Shown piece after piece: positions 17,649 to 26,839 of a stretch of 30,963 nt of DNA (positions are counted from its first letter, which is position 1; the number at the start of each line of letters is the position of its first letter). Origin of the DNA: a virus. Lineage: Duplodnaviria > Caudoviricetes. The stretch covers positions 1 to 30,963 of IMG/VR virus record IMGVR_UViG_3300012952_000074. One strand, written 5' to 3'. The notes below the pieces were generated by a model. That model was given only the letters and a program-made list of their open reading frames with translations, searched no databases and was not told the origin of the DNA. The position numbers and the translations under genes are program-made.

Positions 17649-18497
17649 GTCCGTTGTAAACGGCACCTCCATGTCTTGGGCATGATCACACTCAATGCAT
17701 GCGAAGTGTTGAGCTAAATCCAAAGTTGGTAAGCTCTTTGCATAGCCAGTTCTCAGGAACCTAGAATCCTTGGCCGGCATAGAATCAACGAACTGCTCGA
17801 TTAGGCGACGTTCGGTTCTTCCGTTAATTGAAACAATCAACATTTTTAATTGGTCTGTCAAAGACGAATCTGTTAAATTAACTTTCTTATTAAGATTTTG
17901 CTTTCGAAGTAATTCTTTCTCGTCTCGGCCAGTCATCATTCTTACGGTAACTGAAGCTTGAGTAGCGGGAAGTTCAAACAAAATAGTGCCGTCGTCTTGG
18001 ATGTTAACACCATTCTCCAACAAGTTTGTTGCTGTAATTAAGTTTGCGTCTTCTAAATCGAATTGATACTCTTGCTTAGCTCCACATGAGGGGCATGTAA
18101 CAGACGTCTGATATTCTGCTCCGTATCCTGTGATTCTTGATCTTACGATTAGCGCATTTTTATCTCCAACCAAAAGGTCATCGACTCTGATGCTCTTGTC
18201 AACTAAAACATTTTGCAAGAATCTATCCAAAGCAATTCCTTTTCTAAGAAGAGCTTGTGATGTAAGGATGTCTTCATCTTTTGCTGTCATGAATCTAATT
18301 TCTAGACTATCAACATTGTGAAGTACATGTCCTGGCGGATAGAACTTTCCCTGTGATGGTAAATCAACAAATTCAGTTGGAGTCGGAAAAACAAATGGAG
18401 TTTCTTCCTGCTGAACTTGCTGAACAACCTCCGGGATCGGGGGAGAAGAGCCAGCGTCTGTGACGCCCAGGCGCTCTTCATTATTACGGATTGTCAT
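17631..18497 (-). CDS. Tail/baseplate hub assembly chaperone (gp26-like)
   Basis: LPSQGKFY, MTAKDEDILT, LLVGDKNAL..RITGYG, two CxxC pairs (CPSC, CIEC), ends DFFWPR; directly after the tube gene. Confidence 0.78.
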   Translation of the reverse strand: MTIRNNEERLGVTDAGSSPPIPEVVQQVQQEETPFVFPTPTEFVDLPSQGKFYPPGHVLHNVDSLEIRFMTAKDEDILTSQALLRKGIALDRFLQNVLVDKSIRVDDLLVGDKNALIVRSRITGYGAEYQTSVTCPSCGAKQEYQFDLEDANLITATNLLENGVNIQDDGTILFELPATQASVTVRMMTGRDEKELLRKQNLNKKVNLTDSSLTDQLKMLIVSINGRTERRLIEQFVDSMPAKDSRFLRTGYAKSLPTLDLAQHFACIECDHAQDMEVPFTTDFFWPR

Positions 18498-18527
18498 TTT
18501 AGCCTCTTTTTAAAAGATTGTTGTAGT

Positions 18528-19136
18528 TTAGGTTGTGTTTGCGACTGGAGTTGCGTTGCCACCGATATGCAATTCAGCATAGTCGTAACGGAATGTTACA
18601 TCTAACTGAAGTAGCGCATCGCCGGAATAATCTAAGTCACCCCATTTTACATCAGTTGCCCAAGCATTTTTAAGTGTCCAGGTCTCTGCAATATCAGTAA
18701 GGTTGTTTAGGTTGCTTCCAATCTGGCCATTCTGTTTAGTCTGAGTTCTTAATGTTTGAATCTTGATTTGATCAAAAGCTTTTGTCGCCAAACCTTTGCC
18801 TACAGTATTTCGTTCAATTTGTCCAGGATACTGATCAGGGGACCTATAGCCCGACTCCATGATCTTTCTGTATAGTAAGTGGGTTACGTCGCTTTCTGGA
18901 CCTTTACCATCTCCTGGATCAACAAAAGTCATTGCCACTGTTTGCCACTCGACGGTACCTGGGTAATAAAACGTATGGTTGAGGAATTTGTGCGGTGTTT
19001 CGCCGATGGTCAAAGAAGGTCTTGTGCATTTTGAAACCAAGAAAGGTTGGAAGCCAGGTATTGTTACCAAAAACTTATATTGTCGTTTTGGCTCAACCGC
19101 CGCTCCTGACCAAAATTTAAAATTCGATGATGCCAT
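18528..19136 (-). CDS. Tail tube protein (gp19-like)
   Basis: EPKRQYKF, RPS, YYPGTVEWQTVAMTFVD, ETWTLKNAW..DVKWGDLDY, FRYDYA; follows the sheath gene. Confidence 0.88.
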   Translation of the reverse strand: MASSNFKFWSGAAVEPKRQYKFLVTIPGFQPFLVSKCTRPSLTIGETPHKFLNHTFYYPGTVEWQTVAMTFVDPGDGKGPESDVTHLLYRKIMESGYRSPDQYPGQIERNTVGKGLATKAFDQIKIQTLRTQTKQNGQIGSNLNNLTDIAETWTLKNAWATDVKWGDLDYSGDALLQLDVTFRYDYAELHIGGNATPVANTT

Positions 19137-19169
19137 GTTTTTAATTCCTCCGAGATCATACTCTATATT

Positions 19170-19177
19170 TAATTAGA
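19170..19177 (-). promoter_or_regulatory. Putative late promoter element TCTAATTA
   Basis: Variant motif upstream of the tube gene, preceded by A-tracts. Confidence 0.45.
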
Positions 19178-19203
19178 AGTTAATATTTTTTTTGTAGTTT
19201 TTT

Positions 19204-22140
19204 TTAGTCTTCAAAAGCTGCCCCAGTATTTGTGATTACAAAATCTAGAGCAATGAACTCGATGGCACGAGCCGGCTTCAAGAAAATCTTAGCGTACAAG
19301 ATATTTCTATCAATAAGATCCGGAGTCGTAGTTGTCTCATCGAGAACAACTTTGTAGTCTGTAAGACCTAATCTCGATTTTACATCTGATAGGAACGGAA
19401 TTACTCTGCCTAAGAAGTTGGCCCAGGTCTGTCTTACATTTTGCTCGAAGAGCGTCGTAGCAGAAATTCTGGAAATTTCTTTCTTAACAAAGATCATCAA
19501 TCTTCTTACATTAATTCTATCCAAAGCAGAGTCTGTAAGTTGTAGGGTCTTTTGACCGAACATTACGATACCTTCTGCTGGGAATGTTGCGATAGGATTG
19601 ATGTTGGCTTCATAAAGCTTATCTCTATCCTTGCTGGTTAGGCGCTCGCGGACGCTTACAACAGGAAGACCTGCTGAGCCTTCGGTTAAGCCACCACGGG
19701 TGAATCCAGCGGGAGCGAACCAAAGTTCCGATCTTCTTTCAGAGCTTGAGAAAGTTCCCAAAGCTGCTACGGAAGGTGGAGCCCAAATAATTGAACCGTT
19801 AATGTTGTCGCGAACTTGTACCCACGGGTAGTATGCGCAACCATAGCTGCTGTTTAAGCCTCTGTCCTTTAAGTTATCAACTGCTTCAGTAACAGAGCCC
19901 AAAGCTTCTGCAGTGCCCTCGTAACGGCTCTTGTAGCCAGTCTTAAGGTCAATTACCGCAAGGGCGTCGCCACGATCTTCACATGTGTTAACCAAGTGGC
20001 CAGTTAAAGCTTCGTCCCAAATACCAGGAGCGGAGGCCAAGTTAAACTCTGCAACTTCAGGGTCAGAAATGCTGTCGATAGCTTTCTTAACCGAGTAGAA
20101 CGCTGAGTTACCTATTTCAGTAGCGCTGTCCATATCTGTGTTGTTAAAAGGATCAGGCTCTAATACGTCTAGGCCATCTCGACCGCCCCACATTGGTGAC
20201 GTGAATCTATCAAAACCTTTTGTCAATACAGTCTGATGTGTACCAGAATGTGCAGTTAGTGAGTAGCTGCCTGCTCTCGAACCAGATGCGTATGTAGCAT
20301 TTGTGCCATCATAAGTTAGATCATCTAGTGTGAAGATCCAGCTTTCTACGCCTGTCTCATCATATGAGCTAGCATTAATGCTCTTGGGCAATGAGCGCGC
20401 AATGTCAATATTACTCTTCTCATATAGTGTAGAAGTTTTGGACTCGCGCGAGTCATATCCGAAGTAAGCATTCTTCGGGCTTGAAATTGTAGGATCATCA
20501 CTTCCCGATCGCAGTGCGAAAGTTGGGAAAGTAAATGAGCAACTAAAAGGTATTTGATTTTGAGTTGCGCCGCCTCCAGCTTTGCTTTGATCTGTAATTA
20601 CCAAGAAAGAGCCAGTTGCTTTTGTTCCAAAGCAAGAATCTTCAATAAAAGGATTAGTAAGTACTGCGGTATTATGAATGTTCGGGGCTTTTTCTGCTCT
20701 CAAAGCAGAGTGAACAACCGAGAAGCCTTTTATTCTTGGTGGGCCATATACGCCGAATGGTAGTAGACCTGCATCAGCCTGAGCAGCGTCTACCTCTGAA
20801 TTCATCTCGACATAAATAAACCTGGATCGATTCTCATAGTTACCCTTGTCAATATATCTTTTTTCTGTCTCGTCCCATGTAACATAAGCATCACCAACTT
20901 TCTTAGCAATGTAGTTTACAGAGTTAGGATTGAGATTTAGGCCAGTGAACTTCTCTAGTACTCTAACAGCACCGTCGTTATCAGAAGCGTGACGTACAAC
21001 TAAGGAGAATGTTCCATAAGGGTTATCCTTGTTACTGGATACCTTTACATCTTGAATAGAAATCTTAATATTGTTGTTAGCCCAGCCGCCATCGTCAAGG
21101 CTCTTAACTCTGAAGAGCTTCTTTGTGTGGTTGCGGTTGTTAGGATTAAAACCCTCTGCTGTGCTTCTAACATCCTGAGAAATGAACCAGCCTGTTTTTG
21201 AAACTTCGGCTGCTTCTAAGCGATCGGCCCATTCTGGAGAAGCTCCATCTTCAGCTAGTCCAGTTAAAAATCCAAAGTAACCATTGCCCGTGTGGGCTAG
21301 TCCAGTCGATGTATCAATAATGTCATCTTTAACAGCTTTTTCAAAAGTCTCTCCTAGCCAATAGGTTTCTAAACTATCTGTGTTAGTGACGCTTGGGTTG
21401 GTAAGTGTAGGATTAGTATTGAAAACATTACGAATATACTTATCGCTTTTTCTGTTAAAGTTGAAAACAGCATTTTTGAGTACAGTGCCGTCTGAATCTT
21501 TAATAAGAGCGCGGAACTCTGGCGTACCTCCGGATACTGTTTCATTGTTTACAAGAATGTTTGAGCCTGTGACACCGATTGATCGGACAACTGTTGTTCC
21601 GGATAACTCAATGCTTCCCTGGCCAACATACCAAACTGCAGCTAGTGTACCAGTACCATGGTGACGCGATACATGCGAGCCAGAGCCGGCAACGAAGAGC
21701 CCGTAAGCTCCGCCGTTTGTAGTAGCAACAGTGGTAATTGAACTAGCGTTGCCTGCGCTTCCGCCAGTAACGTATCTTGTGGTCCAGCCGCCTTCGCCTG
21801 CACCTGCAGTTGCATTTGTGTGTTGGTGTCCCAATAAGCGAACATATGTGAGTGGGCTGCTGTTTCTCAACCATGCTTGAGCAGCATATGTGCCATACAT
21901 GGGAGAAATAGTATTACCGTCTCTCCAAACATCACCTCCGCGTCCACCGGGTACTGGGTTTCCGAAGACTTCAATAAACTCCGAAAATGATTGAACCTTG
22001 ACAGGTCGCATGCCAGGGCCTCTAGAGGCGCGGCCAATAATAACTGGTCCTAGATTTTCTGATACAGCCGGCAATCCTGTGTTATCGATCTCATCGATAA
22101 AAACACCCGGCGATACGAACTTGAACTTTTTAACAGACAT
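19204..22140 (-). CDS. Contractile tail sheath protein (gp18-like), 978 aa
   Basis: FVSPGVFIDEID, YYPWV, WFAPAGFTRG, LYEANINPI, GQKTLQ...ALDRINVRRL, PARAIEFI. Start re-assigned to ATG 22140, which has a GGGAGAG SD. Confidence 0.95.
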   Translation of the reverse strand: MSVKKFKFVSPGVFIDEIDNTGLPAVSENLGPVIIGRASRGPGMRPVKVQSFSEFIEVFGNPVPGGRGGDVWRDGNTISPMYGTYAAQAWLRNSSPLTYVRLLGHQHTNATAGAGEGGWTTRYVTGGSAGNASSITTVATTNGGAYGLFVAGSGSHVSRHHGTGTLAAVWYVGQGSIELSGTTVVRSIGVTGSNILVNNETVSGGTPEFRALIKDSDGTVLKNAVFNFNRKSDKYIRNVFNTNPTLTNPSVTNTDSLETYWLGETFEKAVKDDIIDTSTGLAHTGNGYFGFLTGLAEDGASPEWADRLEAAEVSKTGWFISQDVRSTAEGFNPNNRNHTKKLFRVKSLDDGGWANNNIKISIQDVKVSSNKDNPYGTFSLVVRHASDNDGAVRVLEKFTGLNLNPNSVNYIAKKVGDAYVTWDETEKRYIDKGNYENRSRFIYVEMNSEVDAAQADAGLLPFGVYGPPRIKGFSVVHSALRAEKAPNIHNTAVLTNPFIEDSCFGTKATGSFLVITDQSKAGGGATQNQIPFSCSFTFPTFALRSGSDDPTISSPKNAYFGYDSRESKTSTLYEKSNIDIARSLPKSINASSYDETGVESWIFTLDDLTYDGTNATYASGSRAGSYSLTAHSGTHQTVLTKGFDRFTSPMWGGRDGLDVLEPDPFNNTDMDSATEIGNSAFYSVKKAIDSISDPEVAEFNLASAPGIWDEALTGHLVNTCEDRGDALAVIDLKTGYKSRYEGTAEALGSVTEAVDNLKDRGLNSSYGCAYYPWVQVRDNINGSIIWAPPSVAALGTFSSSERRSELWFAPAGFTRGGLTEGSAGLPVVSVRERLTSKDRDKLYEANINPIATFPAEGIVMFGQKTLQLTDSALDRINVRRLMIFVKKEISRISATTLFEQNVRQTWANFLGRVIPFLSDVKSRLGLTDYKVVLDETTTTPDLIDRNILYAKIFLKPARAIEFIALDFVITNTGAAFED

Positions 22141-22202
22141 TAGAATATCTCTCCCGTATAAAGAATTCCACAAAATTGTGTTAACAATTCTATTTTCTTA
22201 AA

Positions 22203-22210
22203 TAAATAGT
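22203..22210 (-). promoter_or_regulatory. Putative late promoter element ACTATTTA
   Basis: Exact motif upstream of the sheath gene. Confidence 0.7.
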
Positions 22211-22243
22211 GCTTTAGAAGTCTAAAAGAAAAAATTATAGTAT

Positions 22244-23107
22244 TTATCGATCTCGGTAGAAGCCATCATTTTCAATGTTTCTGTTTTCATCTCCAACAAT
22301 AACTCTTTCTCTAGGAATTTTCACTTCTACAGCGTTTTCTCTGACCACTATTTTTGGTCTTGTTTGATTTTTATCTTCTCCCATTAAATATCCAAGAACT
22401 TTTATATCAATTTTGGTTCGAAACTTTCTTTCTTCTTCTTGCAAATTTGATACATTATTCTCGAATACAAAATCTGATTGTATGAGAGCGTCATATATAT
22501 GACCGTCTTTACCAACCCTAAAAAAGTTTAGACTGTTGGTTGTCGTCGCGAATGGAGTTAAAAGCTCGTTCATTTGCTGTTGATACTCAGTAATAATATT
22601 AATATTATACGTCATCTCGACATAAACTGGCATTGGTGCAGTTACAGTTTGTATAACGACTTTTTTATTTTTTCGCGGAAAATTAATTTGGCCTCTTTTT
22701 CTGAGTGTGTCGGCGTTTGCAAAGTTTGATGTTTTGTCTTGTTTAATTCTTTTTGCAATTGTTATGCTGCCTCCAGCAACATCAGGATTTCTTGGAATAT
22801 TACCAAAAAGACCACCTTTTTTCTGCAGATCTTTTACCATCGATGTTCTTTCCAGGGTTATCACCGGAAAAGTAACTATATCATTTGAATTTTTAAGATC
22901 TTTATTATTCTTTGTATAGAATGCTCGCTCTGCTCCAACCCACATAACAGGAACTTTTTCCCATCCAGAATTTTTTGTGGCAAACAAATCTAATCTTTCG
23001 TTAAGCCAATCATAGACAGCAAAATCTACTGTTTCAATTGTAGAGGGCATAAGTATTTCTTCATGGATAACAGAAGGGTCTTCTAAATCTGTATAATCAC
23101 CCGGCAT
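22244..23107 (-). CDS. Tail completion/sheath terminator protein (gp15-like)
   Basis: Lies between neck and sheath genes; VPV...ERA, FPVITLER, PVYVEMTYNINI...QQMNEL. Confidence 0.62.
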   Translation of the reverse strand: MPGDYTDLEDPSVIHEEILMPSTIETVDFAVYDWLNERLDLFATKNSGWEKVPVMWVGAERAFYTKNNKDLKNSNDIVTFPVITLERTSMVKDLQKKGGLFGNIPRNPDVAGGSITIAKRIKQDKTSNFANADTLRKRGQINFPRKNKKVVIQTVTAPMPVYVEMTYNINIITEYQQQMNELLTPFATTTNSLNFFRVGKDGHIYDALIQSDFVFENNVSNLQEEERKFRTKIDIKVLGYLMGEDKNQTRPKIVVRENAVEVKIPRERVIVGDENRNIENDGFYRDR

Positions 23108-23588
23108 TGAACAGTCCCTCTCTAGCTCTTACGCATTTCGCTGTAATTTCCATTCTGTGGTCTACTTGACCAAATATTTGTTTTGGTTCATTTAAAGTTA
23201 CTATCTCGAAATGAAAATCTCCGTATAAAATAAAATCACCTTCTCTAACATATAACTCTTGATCCTCTGTCAGGCGCCTTTTATGAAAATGAACCTGGAT
23301 AGATGACATTTTATCTAAACCATAAGAATCTGTTTTGGTTTCATGACCTTCCCAAGTTACAAGCGCATATACTCTAACAGGAGGCAAGAATGTTTTATCA
23401 ATTGCTTCTCCGTAAAGAGGATGATAGTTTGTATGTTGCAAGCTTAATGGAAAATAAAGTATTTGTTGTCCTATGACTCTTTCAATAAGCTCATCATTAA
23501 CTTGCTTAACAAGATCTCTTTCCTTTTCTCCCAAAAAAAGTGGGGGAGGGGGAGAAGAGGGTTGAGACCATTTATCTTTGTCCGACAT
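23097..23588 (-). CDS. Neck/head-completion protein (gp14-like)
   Basis: LNDE-like VNDELIE..GQ.ILY, LYGEA, VREGDFI, FEI; position after the gp13-like gene. Confidence 0.65.
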   Translation of the reverse strand: MSDKDKWSQPSSPPPPLFLGEKERDLVKQVNDELIERVIGQQILYFPLSLQHTNYHPLYGEAIDKTFLPPVRVYALVTWEGHETKTDSYGLDKMSSIQVHFHKRRLTEDQELYVREGDFILYGDFHFEIVTLNEPKQIFGQVDHRMEITAKCVRAREGLFNAG

Positions 23589-23598
23589 AAGCTACCCC

Positions 23599-24888
23599 CT
23601 ATCCAACATATACACCAAACGGCACATTCTGTAGAACTTTGTTAGTAGCATCCATTGTGTCTGCATTAATCTGCGCCAACTTATCGTATGTAAGCTCATC
23701 CAAGATAGTTTTCAGTTCCTCGCGAAGTTTTTCTTGCTCATCTTTAGCTTGTGAAAGAAGCTGCTCTGCGTTTAATGTAACGGATTCTCCTGGAATTGGG
23801 ATAGCGCCGAACTTTCCTCTGACCTGTCCTAAAGTTTCTTTAACAAGAGAAAAGGCAAACCTTCTAATCCATTGTTTGCCAATACTATTAATGTTTTTGT
23901 AAGGAATGTTAGCAAAAGGAAGCGTATTCATATTATTTATTCCTGACGCTCCTATTTCTTTTCCTTCCTCTTCTTCCCAAACATCTTTTTGTATGGTAAA
24001 TCTAATCCACAGTTTCTTCGGAGATACTGAAGTTGGCGTTGGATATAATCTTAATTTATTATTTTTAATCTCATAAGAATAATGTGAGTTTCTAGTATAA
24101 ATTGCATCTTCATACGCCATCGCTTGCATTTTATTATGCCATGGCGGAATAACTTCAAAAGTCGAATCGTCCGCAAACATACCATAAGTTGATAAGTTAC
24201 CAACAGAGTTTAGACCTCCAAAATAACCATAGAATCTCCACATAGCATGAGGAGTTTTATAGAATACATTCTTAATAATAACTTTTTTATTTCCAACTAA
24301 ACTTGAAAACTCATCTTTAGCCGCTATTAAACTCTGAAGATCATAATCTTGTGTATCATCCTCAGTGTCAATGGATGCAGAATATTCTGTCTTAAGGCCG
24401 CCAGCACCAATCTCTTCACCAATCCCGTCTGCAACTCGGCGAGGATAAACAATATCATACTTTGGAAACTTCATATTGACATGATCGCCATTTAGGCTAG
24501 ACGAAAGATCACCGCTAAGCAAAACTCCGTCATGGTCAAACGTTCCAGTGGTATTTCCGAGAGCGTTGGGCAACATATTTTTAGCTTGATGTATGTTGAC
24601 AATATAAGAATATTCTAGTACAGCCTCTTCATACGCGGCATATATATTAACTTCTTTGAGTTCAATATCTAAGACATCACCGCCAAGTTTATTATAAGTA
24701 TAAGAAACTTGATCCGAGGCTCCGGAAACAAAGTTTGCATCATAAAAGGCACTAGTAGAATCTGCATAAATACCAAACGGATAGTTCGCTACTCTAGCTG
24801 CACCGTCCGTTGCATCTAAAACACTGCCAGTCGCAGATAATGTGACTGCGCTAGTGTTGCTTTTTGGTGTTAATGTTGTAGTCGCCAT
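23599..24888 (-). CDS. Neck/head-tail adaptor protein (gp13-like)
   Basis: KLGGDVLDIEL, WIRRFAFSLVKETLGQVRGKF..IPIPG..VTLNAEQL. Confidence 0.75.
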   Translation of the reverse strand: MATTTLTPKSNTSAVTLSATGSVLDATDGAARVANYPFGIYADSTSAFYDANFVSGASDQVSYTYNKLGGDVLDIELKEVNIYAAYEEAVLEYSYIVNIHQAKNMLPNALGNTTGTFDHDGVLLSGDLSSSLNGDHVNMKFPKYDIVYPRRVADGIGEEIGAGGLKTEYSASIDTEDDTQDYDLQSLIAAKDEFSSLVGNKKVIIKNVFYKTPHAMWRFYGYFGGLNSVGNLSTYGMFADDSTFEVIPPWHNKMQAMAYEDAIYTRNSHYSYEIKNNKLRLYPTPTSVSPKKLWIRFTIQKDVWEEEEGKEIGASGINNMNTLPFANIPYKNINSIGKQWIRRFAFSLVKETLGQVRGKFGAIPIPGESVTLNAEQLLSQAKDEQEKLREELKTILDELTYDKLAQINADTMDATNKVLQNVPFGVYVG

Positions 24889-24912
24889 TCATGTGCTCTC
24901 CTTTGTATAACT

Positions 24913-24920
24913 TAAATAGT
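24913..24920 (-). promoter_or_regulatory. Putative late promoter element ACTATTTA
   Basis: Exact motif just after the capsid terminator, upstream of the neck gene. Confidence 0.7.
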
Positions 24921-24926
24921 TTATAG

Positions 24927-24966
24927 AAATAGAAAACCCCACTCCGTTTCCGGAGCAGGGTCTCTT
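24927..24966 (-). terminator. Intrinsic terminator after the major capsid gene
   Basis: GACCCUGCUCCG-GAAA-CGGAGUGGGGUUUUCUAUUU; the G-U pairs work on the minus strand. Confidence 0.85.
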
Positions 24967-24989
24967 TTAAGCTACGCTGTCGTTATGAC

Positions 24990-26819
24990 TTAGCCAAGTA
25001 AGTCAGTACAAACAACTAGACCGTACATATCGGGTCTAACCATCTTCTTCGCGTAACGAGTCATCACGCCCTTACGGGGTACGAAGTCCTCGGTACCGAA
25101 GATTGTCGGTGTGACCTGTAGTGGTACATATGGCGCGTATACATAGCCGCTCTCAAGGAAGCTACCTCCCTTACGACCAACTAGTACAACGTTGCGTAGG
25201 AAGTAAGGATCTACGTATACATCCCACTTCTTGCTCAAGGCACCAACCTTGACAGCACCAACTGTTCCCTTGTCGGAATCAAGCGTAACGTTAGCACGGA
25301 ATCCAGAGGTGAACTCTAGGAGGTTTGCAATTTCAGGTGATACCACGATGAAATTAGCTCCGCCTCGGAGAGTCTTACGATGGATTTGTGCTGATACGTC
25401 GTTGATTGTCTCAACAAGAGTCTCATACCACTCGGATACGTTACCAGTGAAGTCTGGACCAGAAGCTCCGCCGCCTGTCAGGTCTTTACCTGTTTGGCGA
25501 TTAACGAACTTACCGGGTCGACGCGACCAGTAAAGCACTTCAGCAGTAGCTCCCTTAACGAGGTCATTGAGAATCTCACGATCAATCTCAAGAGCAATTT
25601 GCTCAGAGAGAATGCTTGTAAGTTCTACCTCTGCATCCAAGTTGTGGTATGCGTTGAGGTCCTGACCAAGCTCTGGGGTCCACTTTGCCTTGAGCTTCTT
25701 GGTGATTGCCGTTACAGCAATACTATCAACCTGGATGTCGATCTCTGGAATATCGCCAGTTGTATCGTTAATTACACCAGTTGAAGTTGTTGCTGTTGAC
25801 TCCAGGAGCCACTCGCTAGCACCCTTAACCGCACCTAGAGTATCCGAAGAAATGAAGTTATCTGCAGAGTTCCAGTTGAACGAGTGAGTTACACCGTCGC
25901 GTGAGGCTTCGGTTCCGCCGGCGCCGCCGAGCCCCGTAGGTCCTGCAGCAGTCAAAGTACCAGACAAGTTCTGGATGCCTGAATCATCAGCTGAGTTAGC
26001 CTTGAAGAACAAGTAAAGGTTGTCGCGATCTGGATTTTCTGGGTTATCAAGATCGTCGCTCTTTCTTGCGAAAGAAGTTAGCCGGCGAATATGTGTACCA
26101 GAAATAGCCAGTGTAGAACCTGTATGTGCAATCGCTGTCAAGTTATCAGTGTTAAGCTGACTAAAGACACTTGCAGAAACCTTACATACAACAACACCTG
26201 AACCGGAAAGATCAGGGTCATGCTGACAAATAGAGTTAAATCGATCAGTTGTCAAGCCTGATAGCTCTCCAACACCAGCAACAACGCTAACGCCTAATGT
26301 ACCGGAAGCAACTGTAGTCAAAACAACTCCGGAAGCTTCGTCAGTTGGCGAAGAATATCCGTTGCGTAGGTTGTAGAAACCGCCACCATCATCAGTAGCG
26401 AGGTCAACACCACCGGTCAACTGTGAACCGACAACGTTACCACCATATAGTGAATCACCAGCAGAGTAAAGTCCGCGAGTGTCAGTAGCCTGGAAATCCA
26501 GGAAGAAAATGAGGCCAGAAGGCAAGCTCATTGGCTGAACAGATACTAGATCGTTTGCAACCAAGCCGGCAAAAACACGTCGGACGATTGGGAAAGCAAC
26601 AGAAGCGAAACCTTCTACATCGCCGCCCTGCATTGTGCTGGCTTCTTTCAATAGCTGAGCAGCCTGGTTTTCAAGCAAACGCGCCATTGTATTTTTTTGG
26701 TGATCGGCGCCGAGGCCCTCAAGAAGTCCAGTGCGATCCCACTTTTCTAGTAGGGCAGCACCTTCCTGCTGGAGGCTTCGACCAACGATACCTTCAGTTA
26801 ATTTATCTAAAACAGACAT
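24990..26819 (-). CDS. Major capsid protein, T4 gp23 family
   Basis: PIVRRVF, VSVQPMSLPSGLIF, KLKAKWTPELGQDLNAYHNLDAEVELTSILSEQIALEIDREI, YAPYVPL, PRKGVMTRY. Confidence 0.96.
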   Translation of the reverse strand: MSVLDKLTEGIVGRSLQQEGAALLEKWDRTGLLEGLGADHQKNTMARLLENQAAQLLKEASTMQGGDVEGFASVAFPIVRRVFAGLVANDLVSVQPMSLPSGLIFFLDFQATDTRGLYSAGDSLYGGNVVGSQLTGGVDLATDDGGGFYNLRNGYSSPTDEASGVVLTTVASGTLGVSVVAGVGELSGLTTDRFNSICQHDPDLSGSGVVVCKVSASVFSQLNTDNLTAIAHTGSTLAISGTHIRRLTSFARKSDDLDNPENPDRDNLYLFFKANSADDSGIQNLSGTLTAAGPTGLGGAGGTEASRDGVTHSFNWNSADNFISSDTLGAVKGASEWLLESTATTSTGVINDTTGDIPEIDIQVDSIAVTAITKKLKAKWTPELGQDLNAYHNLDAEVELTSILSEQIALEIDREILNDLVKGATAEVLYWSRRPGKFVNRQTGKDLTGGGASGPDFTGNVSEWYETLVETINDVSAQIHRKTLRGGANFIVVSPEIANLLEFTSGFRANVTLDSDKGTVGAVKVGALSKKWDVYVDPYFLRNVVLVGRKGGSFLESGYVYAPYVPLQVTPTIFGTEDFVPRKGVMTRYAKKMVRPDMYGLVVCTDLLG

Positions 26820-26839
26820 TTTTATTTTCTCCTTTTAAA

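Noticed and set aside
22141-22173. Track's upstream start for the sheath gene
   Set aside because: ATG 22140 has an SD and gives the typical FVSPGV N-terminus.
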